Shown: positions 60,860-64,000 of the stretch, piece by piece
Numbering within the stretch: position 1 is the first letter of the stretch
Layout of the letters: each line of letters opens with the position of its first letter
Source: the human T2T-CHM13v2.0 reference genome, Homo sapiens
Direction: 5' to 3' (one strand)
DNA length: 64,000 nucleotides
Assembly: GCF_009914755.1 (NCBI RefSeq)
Contig: NC_060926.1
Program-made: the position numbers and the translations under genes
Notes under the pieces: model-generated
Databases searched by the model: none
Seen by the model: only the letters and a program-made list of their open reading frames with translations
Told to the model about the DNA's origin: nothing

Positions 60860-61330
60860 TATTGATAAACCTTATTAAAAACCTTCTCCAGGCCAGATAC
60901 TAGGCTAGGTGCCAAGGTTTAGTTGTGAACAAATGGTCTATCAACCTTATATAGTTGTGGGGAAAGGTGAGGGGTGAGGGGGAGGGGAAAGGTTTGGAAA
61001 GATAGACATCATTCATTACAAGGTTAAATATGGAACTCAGATCTGAAGTATGAGTAGCAGACAACAATTTGTAGGAGGTGGGAGGGGTAGCTTAAGACTT
61101 CTCTAAGTAAAAGGATTAGCCTATGCAAGAACTGGAAGAATTCATGGAAAGTGAACACAGAATATCCAAGGAACTAAAAGAAGGCCAGTGTGGAAAAAAC
61201 GAAAGGCAATAGGGAAAGTTATGAGAGATGAAGCTAGAGTGGTTGCCTTAGGCCACGCCATGTAGTTGCAAATATATTATGTTTAGGATTTTGTGTGTTA
61301 TCCCAAGAGTAAATGAAAGCCAGTAAATGT
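60860..61330 (-). mobile_element. L2 fragment
   Basis: TGCCAAGG...GTGAACAA; AAGAAGGCCAGTGTGG; GAGATGAAGCTAGAG...TAGGATTTTG...TATCC.AAG. Confidence 0.55.
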
Positions 61331-62708
61331 TAGTTGACAGTACAATTAAAATCTTTGCAGTATCTAATAGGAATATAATGTGACATATTTAGCCATATAC
61401 CAATACTAAGTAAGGAGGCATCATTTGAAGTTTGAAGATAATACTTAGGCCAAATTTGTCAATAACTGATTTTTTTTCATTGCATTCAGTAATAATTTTT
61501 TCTCTTTTCAAGAAGCTTATTATTTAGTTGGGAAAGCAATACAGAAATAATTTACTTACTAATAGTTAACAAAATATAATAAATATTATAGTGTCAAAAA
61601 ATTATGACAGATTATGAGTTGCTGAGATCTCTAAAGAGATCAGATTGTATTAAAGTATTTGTATTTGACAAATACTTTGTATTTGACAAATGTTTGTAAA
61701 TGAAGGACAAAAAAATACGATTCAATATTCCAAGAGGTTGTAATAACCTGTAATGTAGATAGGTTCAAGAATGTATAAGACATATTTCTTGAATTATGTA
61801 ATTAGGGCACCAATAATAGGTCATGATGGTAATTTGGGCTTAGATGGACATCAATCTGAAATCTGAGAATTTTCAGGTTAATTTCTGTACAGGAGCTAAT
61901 ATATTTGCCCAAAAAATTAACTTTAGTGTGACTGTATGATCAGATCTGTTGAGCTGTGTAGGAAACATCTGCCAGTTCACAGAAGGTGTTTATTTTCATG
62001 ATGAAATAGGAAAATAAAAAATTCTATAGTGAGTTCTTAATCCCTTCTGTACACCATGACTATGGTTCCTCTAATTTTAATCAAATATGGCCTTAGATTT
62101 TTATGCATAGACTCAAGTTTAGTTTACAATACTAAATAAACATTTTGTTAATGTGAAAGCGTTCAACAATATATGCATTTAAAAAAATAAACAGTAAGCA
62201 GTGTTTAAAAATAGTAAACAAAAAAGTAAATTAAATTGTTGTATTTTGTATGTAACACTAGCAAGTATGTTTTTTAAGTGAGAACCATCAAGGCAGTTCA
62301 TTATTTTAAAACAAGTGAAATGGTTGCTTTCAAACACACTTAGAGGATTATAATCACTAAAACTTTTATGGACAGCAATTTGATAACGTATACATAAAAC
62401 ATCCATCCTGTTTGATGCAATAGTTACATTCTGACAGTCTTCCACAAGAAACATTGAAACATTTTGATAAGGATTTATTGAGAAAAATGCATTTTGAATT
62501 ATTTTTGCTTCCTATATAAGATGTAACAGCAACTAAATATCTAAAAATACAAAGTTGGTTAAGAGAATAATGGCTCATACATTTGATGAGCTATTATTTA
62601 ATACACAAAAAGGGTGCATACAAAAACTTTAATGGAATAAGAAAAGTTTCATGATATTATCTTAGTGGGAAAAAGTGGGAAATTAAATTGTATCTGTGGT
62701 GTGCATGA

Positions 62709-63182
62709 TGTATTAGTTTTCCATTGTCACTGCAATAAATTAGTATAAACTTAGTTTAAAACAGCACAAATTTATTATCTTACAGTTCTGGAAGTCAGTA
62801 AAATCAGTCTCAGCGGGCTAAAATTGAAGTGTTGTCAGGGCTAGTTTCTTCTGGAGACTCTACAGGAGAATTAGATTTTTTGCCTTTAAGTTTTTAGAAG
62901 CTGCCTTCATTCTTTGGCTTATAGTCCCTGTCATATTGCCTTTTCTCCCTCTGTTTCCACTGTCACATAGGCTTCTCTGTCACTGACCCGTTGGTATCCA
63001 CTTTATAGGAGCCTTATGATTACATTGGGCCCAATCAGATAATCCAGGATTTATCTTCCCGTCTTGAAATCCTTTACTTAACACATCTGAAAGTCACTTG
63101 TGTCATGTAAGGTAACATTATTTATAGGTTCCTGGAATTAGGATGTGAACATCATTTTGGGGACATTATTTTTTCTACCACA
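62709..63182 (-). mobile_element. MLT1 (B/C/D-like) solo LTR
   Basis: TGTATTAGTTTTC...ATTTATTATCTTACAGTTCTGGA...GATTACATTGGGCCCA...CTACCACA; TSD CATGA/CATGG. Confidence 0.85.
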
Positions 63183-63339
63183 CATGGAATAACTATATTT
63201 GTTATTTAAACAAGGACACTGTTGAAAATTAAAGAGGGCGTTATTAATAATTATTTCAGGATAACAGAGGTAAAGAGGAGCTCTTCTTAGAAAATCCAGA
63301 TAGTAACCTAAGTACACGGCTAGAGTGATAAGAAATGAC

Positions 63340-64000
63340 AAGCTCTCTGAGTTTAAACAGATTTCCTTTCTTTGAAAGTGTCATGTTTTTGTTATCTTGA
63401 AAAACTAGTTTTTTCCTTTTTCTTTGTAGTTCTGGAATGTCACCATTATGTGCCTAGTCGTGGATCTTTTAACTCACTATACTCAAGGAAGCTCATTATA
63501 CTCAAGGATTCTTGGATTCTCAGACTCAAGAGAAACACTAAGAAATTTCTATTATTACTCTGACTTTTTCACCTCAAATATTTTTTCTCTTTCCTCTTTC
63601 TGAAACTTCATATATGTGTGTGTCTGTATGCATGCATATATATACATATACACACACATATTCATATACATATTGACCCTTCTAAGTGGGTTCTCAATTT
63701 CTCTTAAATTTTTGTTGTATTTTCTATCTCTTTTTGAGATTCTGAGATTTAGTACACTTTATGTTCCTATTTACTACTATACTCAGCTTAACTTGCCTGC
63801 TTTATGGATCTGTGGACTTTGATTTTGAAACATCTCACATGTTTGCCCAGCATTTCTTCTGCTCTGGTTTCTCTTTCAATATTTTCCCTTGCACATTTCA
63901 GCTTCATAAAAGTTATTAGAATTTCTGGTTCTCTGATGGTATCTTTTTCTGTTCTTAGTGCTGATATAGATTAATTCATTTTTAAACATTTCTGCAATAA
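63340..64000 (-). mobile_element. Old L1M 5'/ORF1-region fragment
   Basis: T-rich degenerate sequence with L1M-like motifs (CACCATTATGTGCCTAG, AGAAATTTCTATTATTA). Confidence 0.4.

Noticed and set aside
60959-60987. G-quadruplex motif (four runs of 4-5 G)
   Set aside because: Common motif inside a degenerate L2; no promoter or CpG-island context

Overview
Primate (catarrhine/hominoid-type, probably human) AT-rich intronic or intergenic DNA dominated by transposable-element relics. These include about 20 Alus, nested L1s (L1MA2-like and L1PB-like), LTRs (MER39/34-type, MER41, MER66, MSTA, THE1, MLT2A, LTR10, MLT1), DNA transposons (Tigger3a, MER1B, MER5) and a 5'-truncated Y3 RNA retropseudogene. 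I cannot support any protein-coding gene; the ORF track consists of Alu/L1 fragments and chance ORFs. I find no new gene system. The interesting signal is structural and readable from the sequence: (1) an old ~6.25-kb inversion (~24427-30680), shown by a split MSTA, MIR and L1 whose target-site duplications (TSDs) re-pair; (2) a ~495-bp inverted duplication (57744-58240 / 58703-59197); (3) a ~220-bp templated insertion into an AluY, copied from an Alu junction 12 kb away, which preserves 70 bp since deleted from the donor; (4) an Alu-L1 chimera with a single TSD; (5) several short template-switch scars. Repeat subfamily names come from remembered consensus sequences, and boundaries of old elements are approximate; both need RepeatMasker/Dfam confirmation.
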